In this document: piece after piece, positions 17,923 through 28,131 of the stretch
Position numbering within the stretch: position 1 is the stretch's first letter
Layout of the letters: each line of letters starts with the position of its first letter
Source of the DNA: Candidatus Zixiibacteriota bacterium
GTDB taxonomy: Bacteria > Zixibacteria > MSB-5A5 > UM-FILTER-46-8
Assembly (NCBI GenBank): GCA_026983835.1
Contig: JALSTH010000104.1
Coordinates: 3,862 to 67,861, forward strand
DNA length: 64,000 bases
Direction of reading: 5' to 3'
Made by a program: the position numbers and the translations under genes
The notes under the pieces: model-generated
Told to the model about the DNA's origin: nothing
The model's input: only the letters and a program-made list of their open reading frames with translations
Database searches by the model: none

Positions 17923-18680
17923 AAAGATATCAATTTTTAGGTTATCCGGTTGACAGTTTAACCACTACCGAAGCGCTTTCGAGGATAGATGATTTTATTA
18001 GGGAAAAGAAACCGCACAGGATAACCCCCATAAACGCATCGAAACTATGCAAGGTCGATAAAGACCGGAGATTAGCGGATATAATTAAAGAATCGGACCT
18101 TGTTATCCCGGAATATGCGGTTGTATGGGGCGCTAACAGACTTAAAATAAAACTCGATGAGCATATAGGCGGGATTATGCTGATGAGACGCATCCTCGCA
18201 ATTGCTCCAAAGAAGAATTATCGGATTTATTTCTTAGGAACGAGGCAGGAGATTATCTCCGAAATGATAAGGCGATTGAGAAACGAATATCAAAACCTGA
18301 AAATAGCGGGTTATCATAACGGTTATTTTACTGAGGATGAGGAGGCTTCCATAATCGAAGAAATTAGATCCTCCAATGCCGATATACTCTTTGTGGCGAT
18401 GGGTACTCCGAGACAGGAAGTGTGGATAGATAAGCATCTTTCCGAATTGAATGTTTCGGTGATTATGGGCGTTGGCGGCAGTTTCGATGTTTTTGCGGGA
18501 GTGAAAAAAGAAACTCCGGCTTATTTAAGATGTGGTTTTGAATGGTTATACAGGCTTGCCCAAGAACCAGGTAGATTATGGAAGCGGTATTTGACCACGA
18601 ACACAAATTTTGTTTGGAAAGTATTAAAGGCGAAGTGGGGTTTAAGAGGGGACAAAGCAAACACGAAAAGGGCGGTATGA
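17919..18680 (+). CDS. WecB/TagA/CpsF-family glycosyltransferase (GT26; N-acetylmannosaminyl/glucosyl transferase to a lipid-linked acceptor)
   Basis: Has ITPINASKL, ADIIKESDLVIPEYAVVWGA, ILFVAMGTPRQEVWI and VIMGVGGSFDVFAG. It overlaps the upstream gene by 4 nt. Confidence 0.85.
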   Translation: MKRYQFLGYPVDSLTTTEALSRIDDFIREKKPHRITPINASKLCKVDKDRRLADIIKESDLVIPEYAVVWGANRLKIKLDEHIGGIMLMRRILAIAPKKNYRIYFLGTRQEIISEMIRRLRNEYQNLKIAGYHNGYFTEDEEASIIEEIRSSNADILFVAMGTPRQEVWIDKHLSELNVSVIMGVGGSFDVFAGVKKETPAYLRCGFEWLYRLAQEPGRLWKRYLTTNTNFVWKVLKAKWGLRGDKANTKRAV

Positions 18681-20095
18681 TTAAACAAAATTTACAGTTG
18701 TTAAAAATAATGCATATTGCTTTGGATCTAATATTAACGGCAATAGCTTTTACCTCCGCTTTTTTATTGATTTATATCTTTGGCGGCGATCCTTACGGAA
18801 CTGCAATAAAATTTCACCGGTATATTTCATTGCTAAAAGTTATCCTGCCTCTTTGGTTGGTAATATTCCTGAATTCCCCAAATTCTTATTCCTATAGAAT
18901 GAAATCGGGACCCTTCCTCATAACACAGATATTAAAACCTATACTTACCGGTGCGGGGATATTGATAGCTTATCTGACCATTTCAAGCAATCTGATGGTA
19001 ATCCGTAGCGAAATATTCGTATTTATAGTCTTGGATATGGTTATGCTTTATCTCTTAAGGCGCTCCATTCAAAGGGTACTACGATACTATCGCGCAAAGG
19101 GAAAAGATCAGAAGAATATCCTCATTGTCGGAAGCGGGAAACAGGCCTGTGAGTTTTACGATAAAGCTAAATCGAATTCCCAATGGGGAATCAATATATT
19201 GGGTTTCCTGTCGGAAGACGGAAACCGCCTGTATAATGGAATGTCGGACTTGCTAATAGGTAAGATTAAAGATTTACCATATATACTGAATCATAATCAG
19301 GTGGACGAAGTATTTATTTCCCTGCCGCTTTCATCATTTCACAAAGTAGAGGATTTACTCTCTCAATGCCAGGAGCAAGGAGTTACCGTACACATTGCAG
19401 CGGAATTTCTTAAGGCAAATGCGCGGAATTTTTCCGCCAACGATATATTTGGTTCTCCCGTATTAAGCTTTACCTCGGCGCCGCGCAGGTTGGATATGGT
19501 TTTCATTAAACGGGTTGTTGATATAGTTGTTTCGGGGATAATGTTGATTATGCTGTCTCCCGTATTCCTGATTTTGGCAATTGCGATTCGTTTGGATTCA
19601 AAGGGACCCGTATTCTACCGATGGAAAGTAGTCGGGAAAAACCGCAAAGAATTCACGGGATACAAATTCAGAAGTATGGTAGTTTCTGCCGATAAGCTCA
19701 AAATAAAATTGCTCAACAAGAATGAAATGAAGGGCGTTGTATTCAAAATGAAAAACGACCCCCGTATTACCAGAGTCGGAAAGTTTATCAGGAAATATTC
19801 GCTTGATGAGCTTCCGCAGCTTTATAATGTATTCAAGGGTGATATGTCCTTGGTCGGACCTCGTCCTCCCCTGCAAACGGAAGTGGGAAGTTTTGCGAAT
19901 TGGCATAGGCGGAAACTATCGGTAAAACCGGGAATCACCTGTTTGTGGCAGGTCTCAGGCAGAAATAATATAAACGATTTCGATGAGTGGGTCAAAATGG
20001 ATTTGGATTATATAGACCGCTGGTCACTATGGATGGATTTGAAGATATTAGCCCGCACCATACCAACCGTAATAAGCGGCAAGGGGGCAAGCTAA
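18677..20095 (+). CDS. Polyprenyl-phosphate sugar phosphotransferase (bacterial sugar transferase, WbaP/EpsL-like initiating enzyme)
   Basis: N-terminal TM helices and C-terminal catalytic domain (VGKNRKEFTGYKFRSM...DELPQLYNVFKGDMSLVGPRPP). The start is set at ATG 18677, overlapping the TagA-like stop (ATGA); the track ORF 18578 is an overextension. Confidence 0.85.
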   Translation: MIKQNLQLLKIMHIALDLILTAIAFTSAFLLIYIFGGDPYGTAIKFHRYISLLKVILPLWLVIFLNSPNSYSYRMKSGPFLITQILKPILTGAGILIAYLTISSNLMVIRSEIFVFIVLDMVMLYLLRRSIQRVLRYYRAKGKDQKNILIVGSGKQACEFYDKAKSNSQWGINILGFLSEDGNRLYNGMSDLLIGKIKDLPYILNHNQVDEVFISLPLSSFHKVEDLLSQCQEQGVTVHIAAEFLKANARNFSANDIFGSPVLSFTSAPRRLDMVFIKRVVDIVVSGIMLIMLSPVFLILAIAIRLDSKGPVFYRWKVVGKNRKEFTGYKFRSMVVSADKLKIKLLNKNEMKGVVFKMKNDPRITRVGKFIRKYSLDELPQLYNVFKGDMSLVGPRPPLQTEVGSFANWHRRKLSVKPGITCLWQVSGRNNINDFDEWVKMDLDYIDRWSLWMDLKILARTIPTVISGKGAS

Positions 20096-20112
20096 AATCG
20101 AGTAATAAAAAA

Positions 20113-20179
20113 GTGAGGAGAATGTTATGGAGCAACAGAGGGGGGTAAAACTATTACCCCAAAGAACCATTCTCCTCAC
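20113..20179. terminator. Nested inverted repeat between convergent genes, likely a bidirectional terminator
   Basis: The outer 12-bp arms are GTGAGGAGAATG and CATTCTCCTCAC. They enclose an inner hairpin GGGGTAA-aacta-TTACCCC. The element lies between the stop of the + strand sugar transferase (20095) and the stop of the - strand M28 gene (20229). Confidence 0.5.
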
Positions 20180-20228
20180 AAAACCACCGCTATCAATAAC
20201 AATACCATTTCAAATACAGTTCCACAAT

Positions 20229-21152
20229 TCAAAAAGACTTTATGGGATTGTAAATCAGCGATACCAAAAGTTCACCAATTTGCTTAAGACTTTTTGGCGA
20301 ACATTTATCCGGCGTGTCAGATAGAGTGTGCCAATATGGATAATCAAAATCAATTATATCCACCATCGGGATACCTGCTTTTATCAGGGGTATATGGTCA
20401 TCGTAAACTTGATATTTAAGACGAGGGACAAAGCTTACTAACCCCAGCTCAGCAATAGCCCTACTGATCCATATCGATTCAACCAACGCTGGATTTGTGT
20501 AATAGGAATACTCCTCCATATATATTTGTAAATCCTTATCTCCGATCATATCCAAAAGTATCCCGTAGTCGGGGTAAGGGTAGGACTTTTGCGAAGCATA
20601 GTATTTGGAACCGAGGGAGAAATGCTCCAAGTCTCCCGCTTTTCCCCAATCCTCCCCGTCAAACAAAACAATTGTAATGCCAATCGGCGGCGGATATGTC
20701 GAAACCAAGCGAGCTATCTCCAAGAGAACTGCCACCCCAGAGGCACCATCGTTTGCTCCCAAAATAGGTTTTAACGCCTTTGTGGAATCACTTTCCTTGT
20801 CGGCACGAGGCCTAGTATCCCAGTGGGCACACAGAAGGATTCTATTTTGTTTCAACAAATCGAAAGAGGTAATTATGTTATACATTGGGATTGTGTTGTT
20901 CGGCAATTCGGGAGTGAAGTTTTGTTTTTCAACCGAATTGGAGTATTTTTTCAGATATGATACCAAAAATTCCCCGCATAGTCGATGTCCTTCTCCGCCG
21001 GGATTTCGGGTGCCAAAAGAGCATTGTTTCTCCAAAAGTCTAAAAGCATTCTTCTCATCGAAAAAGGGATATCCTTCGGGTTGGTTTTGAGCGAATCCAT
21101 CAATGCCGCAAAAGAGAACAGCAATTATAATTACCGAAAGTATTTTATTCAT
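20229..21152 (-). CDS. M28-family zinc peptidase-fold protein, glutaminyl-peptide cyclotransferase-like (secreted/lipoprotein)
   Basis: Signal peptide MNKILSVIIIAVLFCGIDGFAQ. Metal-site motifs CAHWDTRP, GANDGASGVAVLLEIA and VLFDGEDWG. Its start codon overlaps the sprA-like stop by 1 nt (translational coupling). Confidence 0.6.
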   Translation of the reverse strand: MNKILSVIIIAVLFCGIDGFAQNQPEGYPFFDEKNAFRLLEKQCSFGTRNPGGEGHRLCGEFLVSYLKKYSNSVEKQNFTPELPNNTIPMYNIITSFDLLKQNRILLCAHWDTRPRADKESDSTKALKPILGANDGASGVAVLLEIARLVSTYPPPIGITIVLFDGEDWGKAGDLEHFSLGSKYYASQKSYPYPDYGILLDMIGDKDLQIYMEEYSYYTNPALVESIWISRAIAELGLVSFVPRLKYQVYDDHIPLIKAGIPMVDIIDFDYPYWHTLSDTPDKCSPKSLKQIGELLVSLIYNPIKSF

Positions 21153-24100
21153 TAGAATCTTATCTCAGTCCATAATCCGATTTCGCGGGAATGTTGTTTC
21201 CTCCCCAATTTTTTATCATTGGTGTCCGACCAGCCTAACTTAAACCCACCGCTTATCTGACTGGAGAACGAATAGCTGGCATTGAAATCGAAGCTAAAGC
21301 TTTTTCTATCGGTCTCGGTTGTGTACGGATATCCGGGTTTGGCGTTCTCAGATTTATCATACTGTTGATTCGCCGTAATTCCAAGCGTTAAATTTGAATC
21401 GAATTTAATCCTTTTTAAGAAAGGCAGGTTTATTCCCTGAGGTGCCTTAAAGGAATAATTCAACGAAAGGGATATCGATGAACTCTTCGATCGAGTTGTG
21501 CTCTCACTTCCGCTTCTCAAATTTTCTTTCTTTGATTTGGAGGTCTCCATCTTCAAACTGGTCCTAATTCCATTTTTCCAATTAAGAGACCAAGAGAATA
21601 GAGGAGAGAACGATTTGGTAATATCTTTATTGGTTAATTCACCCGTGTTTGGATTTTCCTTTGTATCGGTTTTTACAGAATAGCCGGATTGCAATGAGGA
21701 AGATGAAGCAATTTTTTTCAGTAGCTTAATTTTTTCCAGGCCAGTTAAGTTTGCGGATATATCGGGAAATGTAGTCGAGACGGATTTAGTCGGTTCGGAT
21801 GTAGATCGGGTTATGGAGATACGCTGGGTATATGACCCATCCAATTTAAGAGAACTGAACGGCGCTATCCCCGATTTAAGGCTATAACTGTCGGTAAGCG
21901 ACTTGCTGTCGCCGGTTTGGATACGGATAGTGTCTGCTTTTGTTGAAACCCCCGGATCCTCGGTAAAGCCAAACCTGTAAAGGAAAGACGGCTGACCTAC
22001 TAACCCCGTTCTGCCGAAATTCTTAGAGCGTGTAAGAGAGCCGCGGATCGGGTCGAGAGAGGTAAAAATATCTTTAAACCTCTGCCATAACCATACTGGG
22101 CTTCCGGGCATAGGGGATTTTTTTATCTCTTCCTCAATTTGCTTTCCCTTTTCCCCCTCCGATTGATTGCTATTCTTTGGTGGCGCACCGATTCTTGGGA
22201 GTTTACTGCCCCTGGATTTTTTATAACCAAATAGCTTCTGTAGATTAAGCGATGTATCAAAAGAAATACTGTTGCTGCTACTCAATGATAATGTCGAATC
22301 GGGATGCTGTTTCGGATCTGAATTCTGATGGTAATTAGACGAGAAATTCATCCTCGTATCTAAAAAACTCAATATCTGAGGCCTCCAACCGGAACCGAAC
22401 CTTTGAGTGTAATCTATTTCCTCTCCCAATTTCAATTTCTCCGGCTTGAATGATATATTTAATTGGTCACTCCTGCGGATATCTCGTATAGATGTAAAAT
22501 TGAAAGAGTAATCCATCGCATTAAAGGGGGAGTATTGTGTATTACCGCTTAATGTCAAATCACGGGTGAATGTGTCCGGAAGCCAACCGGTGCTTGAAAG
22601 CTTCTTACTTTTTAGCGAGCTCATATCTCCTTGAAAATATGTGGAAGCAGGGAAGAGGTAAAAGTCGGATTTGGAGAGTTTATTCAAAAGAAATATGTTT
22701 TTTGTCCAACCGAAAATGGAAAGCTTTGGTTTGGATTTTATCGACATATCATATTTACCGGAAAAGTTCCATCTATCGGTAGATGAAAAAGGAATAGTCG
22801 AGGTTTTAGATTCGGTGTATGAAGACGAAAAAGAACCCGAAAGACGGTTTAGTGTGGCATTGATAAACCAATTCCCCGTCTTCATATTCATCCGTTCGGA
22901 AACATTAAATTGAGTCGAAGTGTTCTTCGATGCTTCTTCGCTCCTCAACTCATCAGGTAAGACAACATCCGACCCCGGTTTTAATCGAGGTAAACTCAGC
23001 GTGCTTTGCCAAGACGCGGTAACAGGGATATTCAACCCTAATTCCGGAGGGAACAGTTTGTGCAATGATACACCCCCGCTTACACTGTTTGTTGTTTGAA
23101 TTGAACCCGGACCTTTTTTCTCCAATAGGGTAACAAAGTCTGCTCCTTTTCGCTGATACGATGCCGAGAAATTAACGAAATCCGCGAAATGCGCATCAAC
23201 ACTCATCCTTCCCGCCCAATCGGATTTATTGCGAGGGTTGGTTAAACGAAGTTCATCCACCCAGATCTCACCGCTGACAGGACCATCGGCCGAATTATCT
23301 ACCTCCAATCCTAAATCAAACCATCGGATTGTCGTCAAGGTTGGACGCCCTTTAACCGAATAATTGCCGTCAGTCGTGTCGGGAGTACCGCCGGTACTAT
23401 CGTTCCAATTCATAAGCATATAATTTTTCAGCGCTGTAATGTTTGCAAAATCAACAATCATATCATTGGAGGTTGCCCAACCGGGCGAAATATGATTATG
23501 ATATTCATAATAGTTTAACGAATCACTTCCGAACCTGAAAAAGAATTTTATTTCCCCCGAAGGGACGCCCGAAGCTATGTCCGGATCCCCATAGACAAAC
23601 ATCTGCATATTCTCGTAGTTGGAATAATCTTCCGCCGAATACGGTATCATAAAAGCATCAGCCCCACGACCCGGCCATAAATTATCATATTGGAGAACAA
23701 GCGATTGCTCTTTTTTGCGTAAACCGGTACTTCTGTCCCGTTCGCCGGATACTCCCGGAGGCGAAAAGTAATCGGTATTCTCCTGAGTATTTTTAACCGT
23801 CACTTCAAATTTCTCACCGGGATACTGCGGTATTGGATGAAATTGCGGAATAGCATCCGAAGAATCGGAAACGGAAAATATCTTCCCAACTTCCCATTTA
23901 TTACCTACCAGTTGGAATTGAGCTATTTGCAGAGTTATTGTGTCTTCCCCGGTAAACCAAAAACGTGCAAATTCTATTTGATTCCAATCGGGGAATCCCG
24001 TCTTGGAGAACATTGTAGAATCCTTAATCGGAATCCGATATAATTTCCAACCGGTCGGGGTACCATCTTTTAGAGTTGAATCGGCAATAAAACTGGTACT

Positions 24101-27082
24101 GTCCAAATCGAAACTAAATGAGAAATAACTATTGTTTCTGTCCAATCCACCGTTATTGTTTATATCCTCAGTATCGGGCTTCCATCCCCTATCGGGGTCT
24201 TCACGGTTGTTCTCAGTCCCGTTTATATGACTATAATCATACCTGTCGGAATAATTCCAATCATCCCCGTGAGGATCCCCCGGTTCCCAAAATTTTGTTG
24301 AATCCTCATTGGCATCGAAAACGCCATCTAGACCGGTATCCTCATCCTCTTCCAAAACGCCATCGCTGATACCATTCTTACGATCCTCAGTGTCAAGGAC
24401 ACCATCCCCATCTATATCCTCATCTATCCTGCCCAAATCGATATGCATCACCGCATCGGCATTATCGGATTTGCGCATCCATATCTCAAGGAACTTACTT
24501 CTTGTTTGATCGTAAAGCCCGGGCGGTAAGGACCTCATTACTCCAGCCCACGCCGAATCGCTATCGGGGAAATATCGAACTTCAAGTATATTTGTTCTAT
24601 CCTCAGATTTTTTAACCTCTCTTTCGGGCCAGATATCGGTGAGTTTTAGCTGGTCGTAAGGATTGTACCACCACAAGCGCGAACGCTCGGGATCCATTGG
24701 CGTTAGAGAATCCTCTACCGGTTTGGAGCATAATGTCCAGGACCCTCGCAATATCGAAAGATCGGTGTATTCCCTGCTTGATTCGAAATCATCTATGAAC
24801 GCCTCCCCTTTGGTGTTCATATTCGGTACCGACTGGGCAAACTCCGCTTGGAAATCTAATGACGAATTAGATTCGGTTTCTATTAACGGTAGAGCGTCGA
24901 CAACAGAAGTCATAAATTTAGGCTCAAAATTAAGTGTTAAATCCGTATCCCAAACGAAATTGCGAGTAGGCTCCCTGCCCACACGGGGCCTTTGCTCATT
25001 TGATGTTTCACCCTTATAAAGAGCGGTCATTCCCAATTTGCTGTTATCGTTAAAGTGATAGTCGAGCCGGGTTCCAAAAAGCGATTTTTTCTCCGGCATA
25101 AAAAAGGGAGCAAACTCGTAATCGATAGTGATATTCGCATTCGGATCCGTTGCATCCTGCGTCAAAAAAGTAACCTGTCCCAATTCATATATTATATTAT
25201 AATCTTTCCCCCTTTGTAATGTCCTTCCATTTAGTTTCACCACCTCAGAACCTTTGATTATATTAGCGTGTCCCAGTGAAAAAGTGGCTTGCCGATTCAT
25301 TGTCTTAACTTTAAGATAATATTTTGATTTTTGATTTATAACGACGGAATTGGTCGAATTATATATTTCGGGTACCCTGTCCTCAGAATCCAAAGAATCG
25401 CTGTCAAATGGATGCATTATGGGAAATATCAATACTCCCGAAGACAAATAGACATAATCGAGGTCTACGATGTTATCCGGGGTTGGATTACCCGACAGAT
25501 CCTTTTGGTCTAATCCCAAAACTTGGATATAAGGTTTTCCCTTGTATTCCCACGGGTCGGTGTCAGGTTGCTCCCCACCCTTCGGCCCCTTATATATACT
25601 TATTTCCAAACCATCTTGACTAATATTGGTTCCTCCCAGACTATAAACATTCCTCCATTGATTTTCCCAAGTCGAGAAAGTGCTATCAGCATTGCTGCGC
25701 CATATTAATTTCAAAACCAAAGTGGTATCCTGCAAAACCGAATCGGAAGGGGGAGGACGGAAATAATCTTTTGTCCCTATGGTATCTGTTTGTCCACTAC
25801 CCCTAATTATCTCAATAAATGCTCCCAGAGTTGCGGTAGTAGATAATGAACGGTTGAGGATTACATAAAATTGCCTTCGATTCAATTCGTATTCGTCGCT
25901 GTCCATACGCCGAAATAAATCGTATTTATACTCATTGCGCTGCTCTTCATCCTCAGGTAATACAGGCGGTATTGTAGGGGAGACCATAACCATCGCATGT
26001 GGATCCGTTTGGTTATTTGTTTGTTCGTTTACATAGAGGTCAAAAGCTCCTATCGAATCACCGGAATTCGGATTGTACGGTATTCCCAAGAAAAAATATT
26101 TTCGGGGGACATAATCGTAATCACGAATGATAAGGTCGTTGCTTTCGGCTCCGGCGTTGAAAGTGGTTTTTTCCGTGGAACCGCGTTCCTGGCTGGCTAT
26201 CATTGTAATATCGAGTTTTCCCACCTGCGCCAAAGCCTTTATGCCGAATAATCCCTGCACACTTCCGGAATATCCCACAAATTGAGACCCGCCAATCGAC
26301 AAATTGGTGTTCCCTGCTTCAATCGATTTAATTATTTCATCCTCTTCACCGGTATATTTCAAATGAATACGATTCTCCAAATCGGACATAGCTTTTGAGT
26401 CCTGATCGACTTCCACGGATATTTTTGAGCCGATGGTACCGGTGATTTTGAATTTCGATTCCTGCTCCATATGAAGGTTGGGGAATTTGGATTGCTTATA
26501 GGTGGCTGTACTTTTTACACCCGAATCCCAGTCAGACTTACCCGAAAGCGATATTTTTCTATACCCCGTTACCCTCAGCGCTGGACCGCCTTCACCGATT
26601 ATGCTTCTCACCACCTTTGGAAACTTGATTGGTATCTCGTATCGAATGCCTTCGCTTTCTGTTCCTTTTTCCTTTTCGAAAAGATTCTTTTTTAATTCAT
26701 CCTTCCATGCATTTTTCATTACCATATCAATATCCTGCTTGAGATAAGAATCCCAAGGGACATATAGAGGCTTCAGGGTTTGATAACCACCTTCTGAATA
26801 ACTTATTTTCACCCAGCTTTCTTTATAAAAAAATTGAATATCCCTATTTATCTTGAATTTTGTTGAAAGTAGAGGCTGTCTTCTTTTGGTAATGGACAAA
26901 CCATAAACCGGGGCTTGATGATAAAAATCCAAATACTGGATTTTCGACTTATTCAAAGAAATTTTTAATTGTTGGGCAGTGGAAAAACCAAATGCAAAAA
27001 CAACAGCTATTAAACCTAATAATAGCCTTTGTGGAGTTAAAAGATTGGATATGAATTTTAGATGTGCCTTTAGGGACATCAA
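21152..27082 (-). CDS. sprA: Giant outer-membrane beta-barrel protein, SprA/Sov-like candidate T9SS translocon (1976 aa)
   Basis: N-terminal signal peptide (LLLGLIAVVFAFGFSTAQ), then beta-rich sequence throughout with aromatic-terminated strands. Size and composition are typical of the SprA family. It contains internal thrombospondin-type-3-like Asp-rich Ca-binding repeats. The identification is by recognition, not by an HMM hit. Confidence 0.65.
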   Translation of the reverse strand: MMSLKAHLKFISNLLTPQRLLLGLIAVVFAFGFSTAQQLKISLNKSKIQYLDFYHQAPVYGLSITKRRQPLLSTKFKINRDIQFFYKESWVKISYSEGGYQTLKPLYVPWDSYLKQDIDMVMKNAWKDELKKNLFEKEKGTESEGIRYEIPIKFPKVVRSIIGEGGPALRVTGYRKISLSGKSDWDSGVKSTATYKQSKFPNLHMEQESKFKITGTIGSKISVEVDQDSKAMSDLENRIHLKYTGEEDEIIKSIEAGNTNLSIGGSQFVGYSGSVQGLFGIKALAQVGKLDITMIASQERGSTEKTTFNAGAESNDLIIRDYDYVPRKYFFLGIPYNPNSGDSIGAFDLYVNEQTNNQTDPHAMVMVSPTIPPVLPEDEEQRNEYKYDLFRRMDSDEYELNRRQFYVILNRSLSTTATLGAFIEIIRGSGQTDTIGTKDYFRPPPSDSVLQDTTLVLKLIWRSNADSTFSTWENQWRNVYSLGGTNISQDGLEISIYKGPKGGEQPDTDPWEYKGKPYIQVLGLDQKDLSGNPTPDNIVDLDYVYLSSGVLIFPIMHPFDSDSLDSEDRVPEIYNSTNSVVINQKSKYYLKVKTMNRQATFSLGHANIIKGSEVVKLNGRTLQRGKDYNIIYELGQVTFLTQDATDPNANITIDYEFAPFFMPEKKSLFGTRLDYHFNDNSKLGMTALYKGETSNEQRPRVGREPTRNFVWDTDLTLNFEPKFMTSVVDALPLIETESNSSLDFQAEFAQSVPNMNTKGEAFIDDFESSREYTDLSILRGSWTLCSKPVEDSLTPMDPERSRLWWYNPYDQLKLTDIWPEREVKKSEDRTNILEVRYFPDSDSAWAGVMRSLPPGLYDQTRSKFLEIWMRKSDNADAVMHIDLGRIDEDIDGDGVLDTEDRKNGISDGVLEEDEDTGLDGVFDANEDSTKFWEPGDPHGDDWNYSDRYDYSHINGTENNREDPDRGWKPDTEDINNNGGLDRNNSYFSFSFDLDSTSFIADSTLKDGTPTGWKLYRIPIKDSTMFSKTGFPDWNQIEFARFWFTGEDTITLQIAQFQLVGNKWEVGKIFSVSDSSDAIPQFHPIPQYPGEKFEVTVKNTQENTDYFSPPGVSGERDRSTGLRKKEQSLVLQYDNLWPGRGADAFMIPYSAEDYSNYENMQMFVYGDPDIASGVPSGEIKFFFRFGSDSLNYYEYHNHISPGWATSNDMIVDFANITALKNYMLMNWNDSTGGTPDTTDGNYSVKGRPTLTTIRWFDLGLEVDNSADGPVSGEIWVDELRLTNPRNKSDWAGRMSVDAHFADFVNFSASYQRKGADFVTLLEKKGPGSIQTTNSVSGGVSLHKLFPPELGLNIPVTASWQSTLSLPRLKPGSDVVLPDELRSEEASKNTSTQFNVSERMNMKTGNWFINATLNRLSGSFSSSYTESKTSTIPFSSTDRWNFSGKYDMSIKSKPKLSIFGWTKNIFLLNKLSKSDFYLFPASTYFQGDMSSLKSKKLSSTGWLPDTFTRDLTLSGNTQYSPFNAMDYSFNFTSIRDIRRSDQLNISFKPEKLKLGEEIDYTQRFGSGWRPQILSFLDTRMNFSSNYHQNSDPKQHPDSTLSLSSSNSISFDTSLNLQKLFGYKKSRGSKLPRIGAPPKNSNQSEGEKGKQIEEEIKKSPMPGSPVWLWQRFKDIFTSLDPIRGSLTRSKNFGRTGLVGQPSFLYRFGFTEDPGVSTKADTIRIQTGDSKSLTDSYSLKSGIAPFSSLKLDGSYTQRISITRSTSEPTKSVSTTFPDISANLTGLEKIKLLKKIASSSSLQSGYSVKTDTKENPNTGELTNKDITKSFSPLFSWSLNWKNGIRTSLKMETSKSKKENLRSGSESTTRSKSSSISLSLNYSFKAPQGINLPFLKRIKFDSNLTLGITANQQYDKSENAKPGYPYTTETDRKSFSFDFNASYSFSSQISGGFKLGWSDTNDKKLGRKQHSREIGLWTEIRF

Positions 27083-27147
27083 TTCAAATTACCGTTTGAA
27101 TTGTTTTTATTACCTTTACATTGTCCCGATAGGCTCCTCCTATTTAT

Positions 27148-28131
27148 TTATAATCGAATGAATTTCAAAAGTTCCGTATATTCCCCAAAATCGCCAACAG
27201 GCATAACTTCCATCTGCAAATTCAAACCGAATTTATCCAAAACCCGACGCTTAAGTTCCGCCGCCAAGCGGATTACATCCGAAGCCTTTGCATTTCCGTG
27301 ATTAACGAACATATTCGAATGCTTTTTAAATACTCCCGCATCTCCTACCCTAAAATCACGAGCACCTATCTGTTCCAAATACCAACCCGCTGCAGTTTTC
27401 ATACCACTTACTGCCGGATTTTTAAAATTCTTAAAGAAACTGCCAGCCGAAGGAATATCAATCGGATGCCGTTCGGTTCTAATTGAGCGATGTCTATCTA
27501 TTAGCCCTTTTATCTCCGAACGATTACCCTTCCTTAGTTTAAGTGTTACCGACAACAACAGCTCCTTACTTTCTTTTAGGGCTGAACGACGATATCCGAA
27601 ATGAAAATAATCTTTATCAACTATGCTTATATCGCCTTTAATATCATAAACAACTGCTTTGCCGAGCAACTCGGATATAGAACCGCCAAAAGCCCCGGCA
27701 TTACCGCAGATCGCCCCCCCCATAGTTCCCCATATCCCGGCGGCAAATTCTAAACCGCTCAAAGAATGCTCCGCCGATAAATCCACAATATCATTAAGAA
27801 GTGCTCCACTTTGGGCGGTTATATATTCATCCTCACAAAAGTATTCCTTGCATTCGTTTTTAATTACTAATCCTCTAAATCCATTATCGCCCACAAGGAT
27901 ATTCGAACCACCGCCCAATACAAAATAGCCCAAGCCAAGTTTTTTTGCTCGGTTTATTCCTCCAATTAATTTATCCGGTGTGTTGGCAATCAAAAAATAA
28001 TCTGCAACTCCACCTATCCTGAATGAAGTATGCTTGGATAAGGGTTCATTTTCAAGCAGGTTTTCACCGAAATAATCTTCCAATTGCCATTTAACTTTAG
28101 ATGGCTTCATTCTTTTGGTGCCTTTATCCAT
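27148..28131 (-). CDS. murB: UDP-N-acetylenolpyruvoylglucosamine reductase
   Basis: FAD-binding domain FRIGGVADYFLIANTPDKL...GGGSNILV and the C-terminal MurB domain. Length 327 aa. Confidence 0.9.
   Translation of the reverse strand: MDKGTKRMKPSKVKWQLEDYFGENLLENEPLSKHTSFRIGGVADYFLIANTPDKLIGGINRAKKLGLGYFVLGGGSNILVGDNGFRGLVIKNECKEYFCEDEYITAQSGALLNDIVDLSAEHSLSGLEFAAGIWGTMGGAICGNAGAFGGSISELLGKAVVYDIKGDISIVDKDYFHFGYRRSALKESKELLLSVTLKLRKGNRSEIKGLIDRHRSIRTERHPIDIPSAGSFFKNFKNPAVSGMKTAAGWYLEQIGARDFRVGDAGVFKKHSNMFVNHGNAKASDVIRLAAELKRRVLDKFGLNLQMEVMPVGDFGEYTELLKFIRL

Noticed and set aside
21498-26747. Numerous 60-120-aa ORFs on the + strand inside the sprA-like gene (and similar antisense ORFs inside mfd, dnaX, flgL, the kinases)
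   Set aside because: They are shadow ORFs opposite long, well-supported genes, with compositionally biased translations and no start-site context.
27086-27112. TTCAAA-ttaccg-TTTGAA hairpin with a U-tract between murB and sprA
   Set aside because: The U-tract is on the + strand only, whereas both flanking genes are minus-strand. It does not look like a functional terminator for them.
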